A DNA stretch of 64,000 nucleotides, taken from Methanobacteriota archaeon. Lineage in GTDB: Archaea; Thermoplasmatota; Thermoplasmata; RBG-16-68-12. The notes under the pieces are model-generated. The model worked only from the letters and a program-made list of their open reading frames with translations, ran no database searches and was not told the DNA's origin. Position 1 is the first letter of the stretch. Each line of letters opens with the position of its first letter. The stretch covers positions 506-64,505 of the forward strand of contig VBLS01000110.1 in the NCBI GenBank assembly GCA_005878635.1. Direction: 5' to 3'. This document shows positions 20,482 through 31,433 of this stretch, one piece after another. Position numbers and translations under genes: made by a program.

Positions 20482-21543
20482 ATGCGAATTGACCTGATGG
20501 AATTTCTTCCTGTGACCCTGCAACGAAAGGAGGCGTTTACGATCGCAAAGGCATCGTCCGCGATTTCGGAAGTGGTGTTCCTCGCCGTGCATTCAGGGAA
20601 GCGCACCGGACACGGGGTGGCTGCGCCCACGGATGTCACCCGCGAGAACGTCCACTCCGTGCTCAACACCCTTCAAGCCTTCTCCCGGGCCCTCCCGGGC
20701 GTGGAATTCGAGAAACCGTTTCAGCTCCAAGAGCGGATGGACAAGCTCGCCGCGAATCAGCCCAGCGCGCGGGCCGCCCTCGAAATGGCGTTGTTCGACC
20801 TCGCCGCTCAGGCGGCCGGCGTACCGCTCTACGCCTACCTGGGAGGTCGGCGGGATCGGATGCCGACCGACATGACGATCGGGATCATGGACACGGATGC
20901 CGCCGTCGACCGGGCCCGGCGATGGGTGCAGGTCGGCTTTCAGGCCCTGAAAATCAAGGTCGGGCGGGATTGGAAGGCCGATGCGAAACGCGTGAAGGCG
21001 ATCCGTGACGCCGTGGGCAAGAAGGTCGAGCTCCGCGTCGACGGGAACCAAGGTTACTCGTGGACCGATGCGCTGGCCTTCGCGCGGTATGCTCGGTCCG
21101 AGGATGTCGCGTTCTTCGAGCAGCCGGTCTCCGTCGACGATTGGGAAGGGATGCGGGCCCTGACCGAATCGTCCCCGATCCCCATCATGGCCGACGAGAT
21201 GGTCCTCACGCCTGAGGACGTCAAGAAACTCCGATGGAGCAACGCCGCGCGCGCCGTGAATATGAAGCTGATGAAGCACGGCGGCATCTTGCGGTCGATG
21301 GAAATCAACACGCTCTGCGAATCCGCCGGCTACCCGACGATGGTGGGATGCATGGGCGAGCCGCAGCTCTCGATCGCCGCCGGCCTGCACTTCGCGCTCG
21401 CGCAGAAGAACGTGCGGTGGCTGGACCTCGATTCACACTTCAAGTTCGCCTCGGATCCCTCATCCGGCTTGAGGTTCGAGAACGGGCAATTGATCGCGCC
21501 TTCCGGGCCGGGCCTGGGCATCGACGTGCAATTCCCGAACTGA
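20482..21543 (+). CDS. Dipeptide epimerase (L-Ala-D/L-Glu epimerase-like, enolase superfamily)
   Basis: KIKVG, DGNQ, EQP, ADE, KLMK, GCM and DLD motifs. Confidence 0.88.
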   Translation: MRIDLMEFLPVTLQRKEAFTIAKASSAISEVVFLAVHSGKRTGHGVAAPTDVTRENVHSVLNTLQAFSRALPGVEFEKPFQLQERMDKLAANQPSARAALEMALFDLAAQAAGVPLYAYLGGRRDRMPTDMTIGIMDTDAAVDRARRWVQVGFQALKIKVGRDWKADAKRVKAIRDAVGKKVELRVDGNQGYSWTDALAFARYARSEDVAFFEQPVSVDDWEGMRALTESSPIPIMADEMVLTPEDVKKLRWSNAARAVNMKLMKHGGILRSMEINTLCESAGYPTMVGCMGEPQLSIAAGLHFALAQKNVRWLDLDSHFKFASDPSSGLRFENGQLIAPSGPGLGIDVQFPN

Positions 21544-21561
21544 GCCACGCTCTCGCCTAGG

Positions 21562-24057
21562 CTACGCCGGCGAAGACGGTTCCCCAACCGCCTCCGCTTC
21601 CTCTTTCGGTCGCACGAGTCGCACGACGGCGGTGACCTTGTCCCCTTCGTTCAGGCGCTGGATCCGCACGCCACGCGCGGCCCGTCCGGTTTCGCGGATA
21701 TCCTGGACGGGACACCGGATGACGATGCCACCGACCGTGGTGACCAAAAGCTCGTCGTCGGCCTCGACTTCGAGGACCGCGACGACAGGGCTCTTCGCGA
21801 TCTTCATGTTCGTCGTCACGACGCCCTGGCTCCCGCGCCGGGTCTTGCGGTACTCCTTCACCTTCGTCCGCTTGCCGTATCCGGTCTCGAGGACGGTCAG
21901 GAGTTCGGCCTCTTCGCTCCGCACGAGGGCCATCGAGATGACGCGATCCTCTTTTCGGAGCCGCATCCCACGGACGCCCGCCGCGGTCCTCCCCATCGGG
22001 CGGACCTCGGTGAGCGGGAACCGGTTCGCGTAGCCCCCGGCGGATGCCAGGATGACCTCCTCGTCTCCGTCCGCGATCCGGGCCTCCACGAGTTCGTCCC
22101 CGGGGTTCAGCGCGATGGCCCGGATTCCCCGGATGTTCGGTCGCTTGAAGGAATCGAGGCGCGTCCGTTTGATCTTCCCGAGTTTCGTCGCGAACACGAT
22201 CGTGCGACGTTCGTCGAACTCCCGCACCGCGATCATGTCCAGGATCCGCTCACTCGGTTCCAATCGCGGCAGTAGGTTCACGATCGGCTTGCCTTTGGCA
22301 TAACGACTTCCGACGGGGAGCCGATAGGTCTTGAGCCAGTAGCACTGCCCCTCGCTCGAGAAGAATAGGATGTAGTCGTGGGTCGACGCCGTGAAGAGGT
22401 TGACGACGAAGTCCTCCTCCTTCGTCTCCATCCCCGTCACTCCTTTGCCGCCCCGACGCTGCGTATGGTACATCTGCGACGGAACGCGTTTGATGTAGCC
22501 CGTGTTCGTGATCGGGACGACGACGTGCTCGTCGGGGATCAGGTCCTCGATCTCCATGTCGAAGGCCTCGGCCTCGACTTTCGTCCGGCGTTCGTCTCCG
22601 TACTCCTCCTTCATCTCGAGGAGCTCGGCCTTGATGATGTCCAAGACCTGTTCTCGGGAGGCGAGGATGGCCTCGAGTCCCTCGATGTTCTTCTTGAGGC
22701 CCGTCTGCTCGGCCCGGAGCTTCTCGATCTCGAGTCCGGTGAGCTGCCGCAAGGCCATGGCGAGGATCGCCTTCGCCTGCGCCTCGGACAGCAGGTACCG
22801 GCTCGTGAGTCCGGCCTCGGCCTCCGCCGCATCTCGGGCCCGCCGAATCAGGCGGATCACCTCATCGAGGTGGTCGACCGCGGTGATGAGACCCTCGACG
22901 ATATGGAGCCGCTCGCGGGCCTTCCGGAGGTCGAACTCCGTCCGCCGCCGGACGATCATGACGCGATGGTCGACGTGGGATTGGAGGACCTCTTTCAGCG
23001 TCAGGACCTTCGGCTCGCCGCCGACCAGGGCCAGGTTGATCACGCCGAAGGTCTGCTCCATCTGCGTGTGATGGTACAGCTGATTCAGCACCACATCTTC
23101 GACGGCGTCGCGCTTCAACTCGAGGACGACCCGCATGCCTTCCCGGTCGCTCTCGTCCCGGAGGTCCACGACGCCCTCGATCTTCTTCGACTTGACCAGG
23201 AGGGCGATCGATTCGACGAGGGCCGCCTTGTTGACGAGGTACGGGATCTCCGTGATGACGATCCGGGCCTTGTCGTGGCCGGCCTCCTCAACGTGCGCCG
23301 CCGCCCGGATGCTGATCAGCCCGCGGCCGGTCTTGTAGGCCTCAGTCACGCCCGCCGCTCCGTACAGGATGCCGCCCGTTGGGAAATCCGGACCCCGGAT
23401 GGGCCCGGCCTCGGGGTTGTAGAGGTCCTGCAGCTCCGCGGCGGGATTGCCGATGAGGAGGACCAGGGCGTCCACGACTTCGCCGAGGTTGTGCGGCGGG
23501 ATGTTCGTCGCCATCCCGACCGCGATCCCGCTGGATCCGTTCACGAGCAGGTTCGGGAACTTCGACGGCAGGACGACCGGTTCCCGCATCGTCCCGTCGA
23601 AGTTGTCCATCCAGTCGACCGTGTCCTTCTCGAGGTCTTGCAGGATCTCTTCCGCGACCTTCGAGAGCCGGCATTCCGTGTACCGCATCGCGGCGGGCTC
23701 GTCCTCCGTGCTGCCCCAGTTCCCCTGCCCCTGGACGAGCGGGTAGCGGAGGGAGAAGGCCTGCACCATGCGCGCGAGGGCGTCGTAGATCGCAGTGTCG
23801 CCATGGGGATGGTATCGACCGAGGCAGTCCCCCACCACGCGCGCGGCCTTCCGCCATTGGCTCGTCGACGACGCGCCCGTCTCGTTCATCGTGTGCAGGA
23901 TGCGCCGCTGGACCGGCTTCAGTCCGTCCCGGACGTCCGGCAGGGCCCGGCCCACGATGACGGACATCGCGTAGTCGATGTACGACCGGTGCATTTCCTC
24001 TTCAATCGGTCGCGGTCGGATTCGCCGCGACGGTTCTTGCGTGGCCTCGTCCGGCAT
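21562..24057 (-). CDS. gyrA: DNA gyrase subunit A
   Basis: [21 protein letters not shown], GyrA box QRRGGKG, pinwheel repeats. Confidence 0.97.
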   Translation of the reverse strand: MPDEATQEPSRRIRPRPIEEEMHRSYIDYAMSVIVGRALPDVRDGLKPVQRRILHTMNETGASSTSQWRKAARVVGDCLGRYHPHGDTAIYDALARMVQAFSLRYPLVQGQGNWGSTEDEPAAMRYTECRLSKVAEEILQDLEKDTVDWMDNFDGTMREPVVLPSKFPNLLVNGSSGIAVGMATNIPPHNLGEVVDALVLLIGNPAAELQDLYNPEAGPIRGPDFPTGGILYGAAGVTEAYKTGRGLISIRAAAHVEEAGHDKARIVITEIPYLVNKAALVESIALLVKSKKIEGVVDLRDESDREGMRVVLELKRDAVEDVVLNQLYHHTQMEQTFGVINLALVGGEPKVLTLKEVLQSHVDHRVMIVRRRTEFDLRKARERLHIVEGLITAVDHLDEVIRLIRRARDAAEAEAGLTSRYLLSEAQAKAILAMALRQLTGLEIEKLRAEQTGLKKNIEGLEAILASREQVLDIIKAELLEMKEEYGDERRTKVEAEAFDMEIEDLIPDEHVVVPITNTGYIKRVPSQMYHTQRRGGKGVTGMETKEEDFVVNLFTASTHDYILFFSSEGQCYWLKTYRLPVGSRYAKGKPIVNLLPRLEPSERILDMIAVREFDERRTIVFATKLGKIKRTRLDSFKRPNIRGIRAIALNPGDELVEARIADGDEEVILASAGGYANRFPLTEVRPMGRTAAGVRGMRLRKEDRVISMALVRSEEAELLTVLETGYGKRTKVKEYRKTRRGSQGVVTTNMKIAKSPVVAVLEVEADDELLVTTVGGIVIRCPVQDIRETGRAARGVRIQRLNEGDKVTAVVRLVRPKEEAEAVGEPSSPA

Positions 24058-24064
24058 CGCTCAC

Positions 24065-25963
<1,899 letters not shown>

Positions 25964-26194
25964 CTATTTCGCAACCTCAAGATTGGCTGCCAAGGCCCTC
26001 TCGCAGCCCATCCCAAATGACGCGCCAAGTATACGGTGGGTATTGATAAAGGTTCGGACCCTGGTTTCTATGGAGAAAACAGGCCCTTTGGACCGGTCTC
26101 TTTCTTTAAGTACTTTAGCACGGCCTCGAACAGCCCCCCATTCTCAACTTCGAGAATGGCGGAGAAGGGCCCCAAACGGGCCCAAAAAATCGCT

Positions 26195-27604
26195 TCATTT
26201 GAGCTTCCAACGGACGCCGTCGCGGGCATCTTCGAGCACGATGCCGACGGCCGCGAGCGCGTCCCGGATTCGGTCGGCCGTGGCGAAGTCTTTTCGCTTC
26301 CTCGCATCCTCGCGCAGTCCCACGATCAGGTCCAAGACGCCGTCGAGTCGGTCGGTTTCCGAAGGCTTCATTTGGAACAGGCCGAGGACGTCCCCGAACG
26401 TCCGAAAAGCCTCGGCGGCACCGTCGAGCGGTCCTCGGCCGACGCCACTCTCGATCGCCTTGTTCACGTCCCGCGCAAATTCGAATAGGACCGCAATCGC
26501 CTCGCGAGTGTTGAAGTCGTCCGACATCGCGGCGTCGAAGGCCGCGAGAGAATTCTTCGTCGCATCTCGGAGCCCCGGATCCGCTTTCCCCTTCGGCGGC
26601 GCTCGGCGACGCTCAGCCTCGACCGAGCGAACCGTTTCCCGGAGGCGCTCGTAGGAGCGCTTGGCTTCTTCGAGCAGTTCGGGGGCGAAGTCGATCGGGC
26701 CTCGGTACTGCACGTTGATCAGGAAGAACCGGAGGACCTCGGGCTCGTATCGCTCGAGGGCCGCTTGGACTGGCCAAAAGTTGCCGAGGGACTTGTGCAT
26801 CTCGGCGCCGCTCACCATGACCATGCCGCCGTGCATCCAGTACCGGACGAAGGGTGTGACACCGGTGAAGGATTCCGCCTGGGCAATCTCCGCCTCGTGG
26901 TGGGGGAAGGCGAGTTCCGTGCCGCCGCCGTGCAGGTCGTACTGCACCCCGAAGTGACGGATTGTGATCGCGGTGTCCTCGATGTGCCAGCCGGGCCGGC
27001 CCGGTCCCCAGGGACTCTCCCACGCCGGCTCCCCCGGCTTCTGGGCCCTCCAGAGGACGAAGTCCGCCGGATGCCGCTTGCGCTCCTCGATCTCGATGCG
27101 GGCACCCGGGCGGAGCTCCTCCACTTTCTGGCCGCTGAGTTTGCCCCATCCGGAGAAGGTCGTCGTGTCGAAATAGACGCTCTTGTCTTCCGCGACGTAG
27201 GCGTGTCCCTTCCTGATGAGGCCTTGAATCTGTTCCACGATCTCGTCGATGTAGTCCGTCGCGAACGCGTACACGTCGACCGACGTGCACTGCAGCCGCT
27301 CCATCACGTCCCGGAATTCCGCGAAATACTGCGCGACGATGTCGTCCCAGGCCCGCCTGGTCGACTTCATCTTCGCGATGATCCGGTCCTCGATGTCCGT
27401 CACGTTTTGTAGGTAGAAGACGTGGTAGCCTTTGGAGCGCAAGTACCGGGCGACGACGTCGAACGCGACGTAGGTCTTCGCGTGGCCCAGGTGGGTCTGA
27501 TCCTGCGGCGTGATGCCGCAGACGAACATCGACACCCGCTTCCCATGGAGGGGGACGAACGCCTCCTTCTTCCGCGAGAGGGTGTTGTACACTCGAAGAG
27601 GCAT
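26195..27604 (-). CDS. cysS: Cysteinyl-tRNA synthetase
   Basis: YNTLSR, CG..HLGH, PWGPGRPGWHIE, FPHHE, DDFNT, ADRIRD. Confidence 0.94.
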   Translation of the reverse strand: MPLRVYNTLSRKKEAFVPLHGKRVSMFVCGITPQDQTHLGHAKTYVAFDVVARYLRSKGYHVFYLQNVTDIEDRIIAKMKSTRRAWDDIVAQYFAEFRDVMERLQCTSVDVYAFATDYIDEIVEQIQGLIRKGHAYVAEDKSVYFDTTTFSGWGKLSGQKVEELRPGARIEIEERKRHPADFVLWRAQKPGEPAWESPWGPGRPGWHIEDTAITIRHFGVQYDLHGGGTELAFPHHEAEIAQAESFTGVTPFVRYWMHGGMVMVSGAEMHKSLGNFWPVQAALERYEPEVLRFFLINVQYRGPIDFAPELLEEAKRSYERLRETVRSVEAERRRAPPKGKADPGLRDATKNSLAAFDAAMSDDFNTREAIAVLFEFARDVNKAIESGVGRGPLDGAAEAFRTFGDVLGLFQMKPSETDRLDGVLDLIVGLREDARKRKDFATADRIRDALAAVGIVLEDARDGVRWKLK

Positions 27605-27721
27605 TCTCTCTCCGGATGAGAGGAGCGTGTATTAAGGTTCTTTCCGAGGAAGCCCCGCGGCCCGACCATGCGCGACGGAGATCCTTTGTCAATGCGAATC
27701 GCGGACGCCTGACAACAGCTT

Positions 27722-28480
27722 ATGGAGAGCGGGAGCGGATGCGGTCGGATCATGACGGGCCCCTTTCTCCTTCCGCGCGCGGCCCGTCGTCGTGCGTTCT
27801 GGCCTCGCGAGTTGCGGCGCGGAGCCTTGCTCCTCGGCGTGAGCGCCGCGCTCTTCTGGTCCTCCTTCGCAATCGGCCGATGGATCGTCTTCTTCCCCGA
27901 GTCCGGCCCGATCTACGTCGACCTGCTCCTCGGCTGGATTGCCGTGATCGTCCATGTCTCGGCGTGGCCAAATCTCTGGGTCGGTTTGCGCGACCTCCGC
28001 GGACGTCAGCCTCGCGACGACCACCCGGTCATCGCCTGGCGCTCCTTCCTGATGACGCTCGTCATGATCGTCGCCGCGGTGGTGGTCCTCCCGCTCGAGT
28101 ACCACTCCCTCTCGGCGACGGATGCGTGGATCTTCGTCGCGTATGTGAGCGCTTTCCCATATCTGGGTTGGACGTTCGTCCCGATCCTCGCCCTTCACGG
28201 CGTCCTCTTCGGTCGGGTCGCTTGGTACCTCGAGTCTCGATCGCGGAGGATCGCGGACGCGGGGGCCATGCTCCTGTTCGCGGTCGCGGCGGCGACGACC
28301 GCGGTGATCTTGCAGAACCCTGGGGAGACCGCGTTCGTGCGTTCGTGGAGCGTCGGCCAGGGATTGCTTCCCGCGGCGGCCCTTGGCGGATATGTGCTCA
28401 TCGCCCTCGGGATCACGGCTTCGTCCACGGCACCCTTCGCGCGGGTCCCATCATGGACTCCGCGGCGGACCCGGTGGTAG
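27722..28480 (+). CDS. Hypothetical multi-pass membrane protein
   Basis: About six hydrophobic segments; no recognisable motif. Confidence 0.6.
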   Translation: MESGSGCGRIMTGPFLLPRAARRRAFWPRELRRGALLLGVSAALFWSSFAIGRWIVFFPESGPIYVDLLLGWIAVIVHVSAWPNLWVGLRDLRGRQPRDDHPVIAWRSFLMTLVMIVAAVVVLPLEYHSLSATDAWIFVAYVSAFPYLGWTFVPILALHGVLFGRVAWYLESRSRRIADAGAMLLFAVAAATTAVILQNPGETAFVRSWSVGQGLLPAAALGGYVLIALGITASSTAPFARVPSWTPRRTRW

Positions 28481-28483
28481 GCC

Positions 28484-29608
28484 TCAGGCCAGGGCCCGTC
28501 CCAGGTCGTCCTGCAGATCCTGCGGGTCCTCCAATCCGACGGAGAAGCGGACCAGGCCGTCGGTGATCCCTTGCGCCTGGCGTTGTTCCTTGGGCACGCT
28601 TGAATGCGTCATCGTGGCCGGGTGCTCGATGAGCGACTCGACGCCCCCCAGGCTCTCCGCGAGGATGATGATCTCGAGTTTTCGCAGGCGGTCCGCGACC
28701 TTGGCCGAATCTCGGAGTTCAAAACTGAGCATGCCGCCGAATCCGCGCATCTGTTTCTTCGCGGTCCGATGGCCCGGATCGTCGGGCAGGCCCGGATAGT
28801 GGACCGCGGAGACGGCCTTGTGGCCGCCGAGGAATCGAGCCATCGCCTGGGCGTTGGCGGAGTGCCGTTCCATCCGGATCGCCAAGGTCTTGATGCCGCG
28901 GAGGGTGAGCCAACAGTCGAACGGGCTCGGCACCGCGCCGAGGGCGTTTTGTGCGAACTTCAGTTTCTCGTACAGGTCTCCGCGGTTCATGATGAGCGCC
29001 CCGCCCAAGAGGTCCGCGTGGCCCCCGAGGTACTTCGTCGTGCTATGGACGACGAGGTCGACGCCGAGGCCCAAAGGGTTTTGCAACGCCGGCGACGCGA
29101 AGGTGTTGTCGCACACGCTGACCGCGTCGTGGGCCTTCGAGATCACGGCGAGCTCCCGCAAGTCGGCGACCTTCATGAGGGGGTTCGTGGGCGACTCCAT
29201 CCACAACATCTTCGTCTCCGGGCGAAACGCATCCTCGACATCGACGAGGTCCCGCAGGTCCACGAAGGTGGACTCCACTCCGTACCCGCTCATGATTCGC
29301 GTGAAGATTCGATAGACGCCGCCGTAGCAGTCATCCGTCACCACCGCGTGGTCGCCTTTCTTGAGCAGGGTGAGGGCCGTCGTGATCGCGCCCATGCCAC
29401 TGGAGAAGCAGAGGGCCTGCTGGCCCTCCTCGAGGGCCGCGAGGCTCTGCTGGAGCGCATCGCGGGTCGGGTTGTCGCCCCTCCCGTAGACGTAATCGTG
29501 CTGGACCTTCTGGGAGTACGTCGACGTCATGTAGATCGGCGGCGTGACCGCGCCGGTCCGAGGGTCCGGTTCCTGTCCGGCGTGGATGGCCTTCGTCGCA
29601 AAGTGCAT
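28484..29608 (-). CDS. Cystathionine gamma-lyase/synthase
   Basis: Starts MHFATKAIHAG; Y.R..NPT, DNTFASP, STTKYLGGH PLP lysine, SLGGVESL. Confidence 0.93.
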   Translation of the reverse strand: MHFATKAIHAGQEPDPRTGAVTPPIYMTSTYSQKVQHDYVYGRGDNPTRDALQQSLAALEEGQQALCFSSGMGAITTALTLLKKGDHAVVTDDCYGGVYRIFTRIMSGYGVESTFVDLRDLVDVEDAFRPETKMLWMESPTNPLMKVADLRELAVISKAHDAVSVCDNTFASPALQNPLGLGVDLVVHSTTKYLGGHADLLGGALIMNRGDLYEKLKFAQNALGAVPSPFDCWLTLRGIKTLAIRMERHSANAQAMARFLGGHKAVSAVHYPGLPDDPGHRTAKKQMRGFGGMLSFELRDSAKVADRLRKLEIIILAESLGGVESLIEHPATMTHSSVPKEQRQAQGITDGLVRFSVGLEDPQDLQDDLGRALA

Positions 29609-29655
29609 CGCGATCGCCGCGGGAGGAGTCGCCCGCCTGGCGTAAAAGCCTTGCC

Positions 29656-31026
29656 TCAGGTCCGGCCCGCGAGGTACTCGATCACGTCGATGCGGGTGAT
29701 GATCCCCTCGAGTCGGTCCTCCTTGCCGATGACGACGGCGGGGTTGCCGCGCATCAAGAGTTTGTAGACCTTCTCCAGGTCGGCGCCGGGTTCGACCAGA
29801 GGGAACGGCTTCTCCATGACCTTCGCGACGTAGTCGTCGTACATCTTCGGATTCCCGAGCAAAGCTTTCATGAGGATCTCTTCGCGCAAGCTTCCGACGA
29901 GGATCCCCGTGTCCAGGACCGGGAGTTGGGACACGTTGTATTGGCGCATCATGTCGACCGCTTCCCGCACTCGGGCCGCGACGTCGATCGTGACGACCCC
30001 GGGGATCGTCCGCTCCTTCGCCCTCAGGATCGTCATGAGGGGCGCGACCGGTTCCTCCAGGTACCCTTGCTCCTTCAGCCACTCCTCGTTGTGCGCCTTG
30101 GAGAGGTAGCGTTCCCCGGTGTCCGGCAGCAGGACGACCAAGACGTCCTTCGGGCCGAGGGTCTCCGCGATTCGGCGGGCGGCCACCACAGCGGCTCCGC
30201 TCGAACTGCCCGCGAGGATCCCCTCCTCGCGGGCGAGGCGCCGGGTCATCAGATAGGCCTCCTTGTCGGCGACTTTGACGACGTCGTCGATGTACTGGAA
30301 CCAGGTGGATTCCGGGATGAAGTCCTCCCCGATCCCCTCGATCTTGTACGTGTGAGCTTTTATCATCTCCTTCTTATAGAAATAGTCCTTCAGGATCGAG
30401 CCGAGCGGGTCCACGCCGATGACCCGAACCTTCGGGTTCTGCTCCTTCAGGTAGCTGCCGACCCCGCTGATTGTTCCGCCGGTCCCCATCCCGCAGACGA
30501 AGTGGGTGACCGTCCCGTCCGTGTCTCGCCAAATCTCGGGGCCGGTCGTCTCGTAGTGGGCGCGTGGATTGGCCTGGTTGGCGTACTGGTTCGGTAGAAT
30601 CGAATTCGGGGTCTCACGGTGGATCCGTTCGGCGACGCGGTAGTAGGAGTCCGGATGGTCCGGCGGGACGGCGGTCGGCGTGACGACCACGCGCGCGCCG
30701 AAGGCCTTCAGCAAGTCGATTTTCTCGCGGCTCATCTTGTCAGGCATCGTGAACACGGCCCGATACCCCTTGATCGCGGCCACCATCGCGAGCCCGAGCC
30801 CGGTGTTCCCGCTCGTCGGCTCGATGATCGTCCCGCCGGGCTTCAGCGTCCCCTTCGCCTCGGCGTCCTCGATCATCTTCTCTCCAATCCGATCCTTGAC
30901 GCTCCCGCCAGGGTTCATCATCTCGAGTTTGGCGAGGACGAGGCCCTTCACACCGTCCATGATCTTCGGCAACTGGACGAGCGGTGTATTCCCGATCGTC
31001 TCGAGGATGTTGGAATAGTAGCGCAT
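29656..31026 (-). CDS. Cystathionine beta-synthase with C-terminal CBS domains
   Basis: GNTPLV, PGGSVKDR, TSGNTG, GTGGT, PDTGERY plus CBS pair. Confidence 0.92.
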   Translation of the reverse strand: MRYYSNILETIGNTPLVQLPKIMDGVKGLVLAKLEMMNPGGSVKDRIGEKMIEDAEAKGTLKPGGTIIEPTSGNTGLGLAMVAAIKGYRAVFTMPDKMSREKIDLLKAFGARVVVTPTAVPPDHPDSYYRVAERIHRETPNSILPNQYANQANPRAHYETTGPEIWRDTDGTVTHFVCGMGTGGTISGVGSYLKEQNPKVRVIGVDPLGSILKDYFYKKEMIKAHTYKIEGIGEDFIPESTWFQYIDDVVKVADKEAYLMTRRLAREEGILAGSSSGAAVVAARRIAETLGPKDVLVVLLPDTGERYLSKAHNEEWLKEQGYLEEPVAPLMTILRAKERTIPGVVTIDVAARVREAVDMMRQYNVSQLPVLDTGILVGSLREEILMKALLGNPKMYDDYVAKVMEKPFPLVEPGADLEKVYKLLMRGNPAVVIGKEDRLEGIITRIDVIEYLAGRT

Positions 31027-31138
31027 GGCCACCGGTGAAGATGCAAGACGGTTGACGTTATAAGAACGTACGCGCCGGGTCCCTTCACATCGGTTGGCGA
31101 GGCCATCCATCTAAGGGCGCGGGAGACAAACCGGGACG

Positions 31139-31211
31139 TGCCGGGGGAGGGAGTCGAACCCCCAGGAAACCGATCTGCAGTCGGTCACATTAGCCGCTCT
31201 GTCACCCCGGC
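31139..31211 (-). tRNA. tRNA-Cys(GCA), no intron, CCA not encoded
   Basis: GCCGGGG/CCCCGGC acceptor stem, ACCGA-CTGCAGA-TCGGT anticodon arm, GGGGG-TTCGACT-CCCTC T arm. Confidence 0.95.
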
Positions 31212-31354
31212 GCGGCTCGCGCATCCGGGGAAACGGTATTGAAGCTTTGGAGCGGCGATCCCCACCTTCGGACGATGCGGTCCCGGGTGGCGCCAACTCC
31301 GCGTTCCGGGCAAGACCTTGCCCCACGCGCAGGTTTCGCTTCTTGCCGAAGCGG

Positions 31355-31372
31355 TTTGAACATTGTTTCAAA
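31355..31372. promoter_or_regulatory. Inverted repeat (putative operator) next to a TATA-like element upstream of the solute-binding protein
   Basis: TTTGAA-N6-TTCAAA followed closely by GTATTAAG. Confidence 0.4.
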
Positions 31373-31433
31373 ACGTATTAAGGACGACCCGCCGTTGTGT
31401 TACTTTACCGCTTGCTCAAGGGGAGGCATGTGA

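Noticed and set aside
29609..30082. N-terminal extension of the 532-aa cystathionine lyase ORF
   Set aside because: Overlaps CBS in another frame; homology starts at MHFATK
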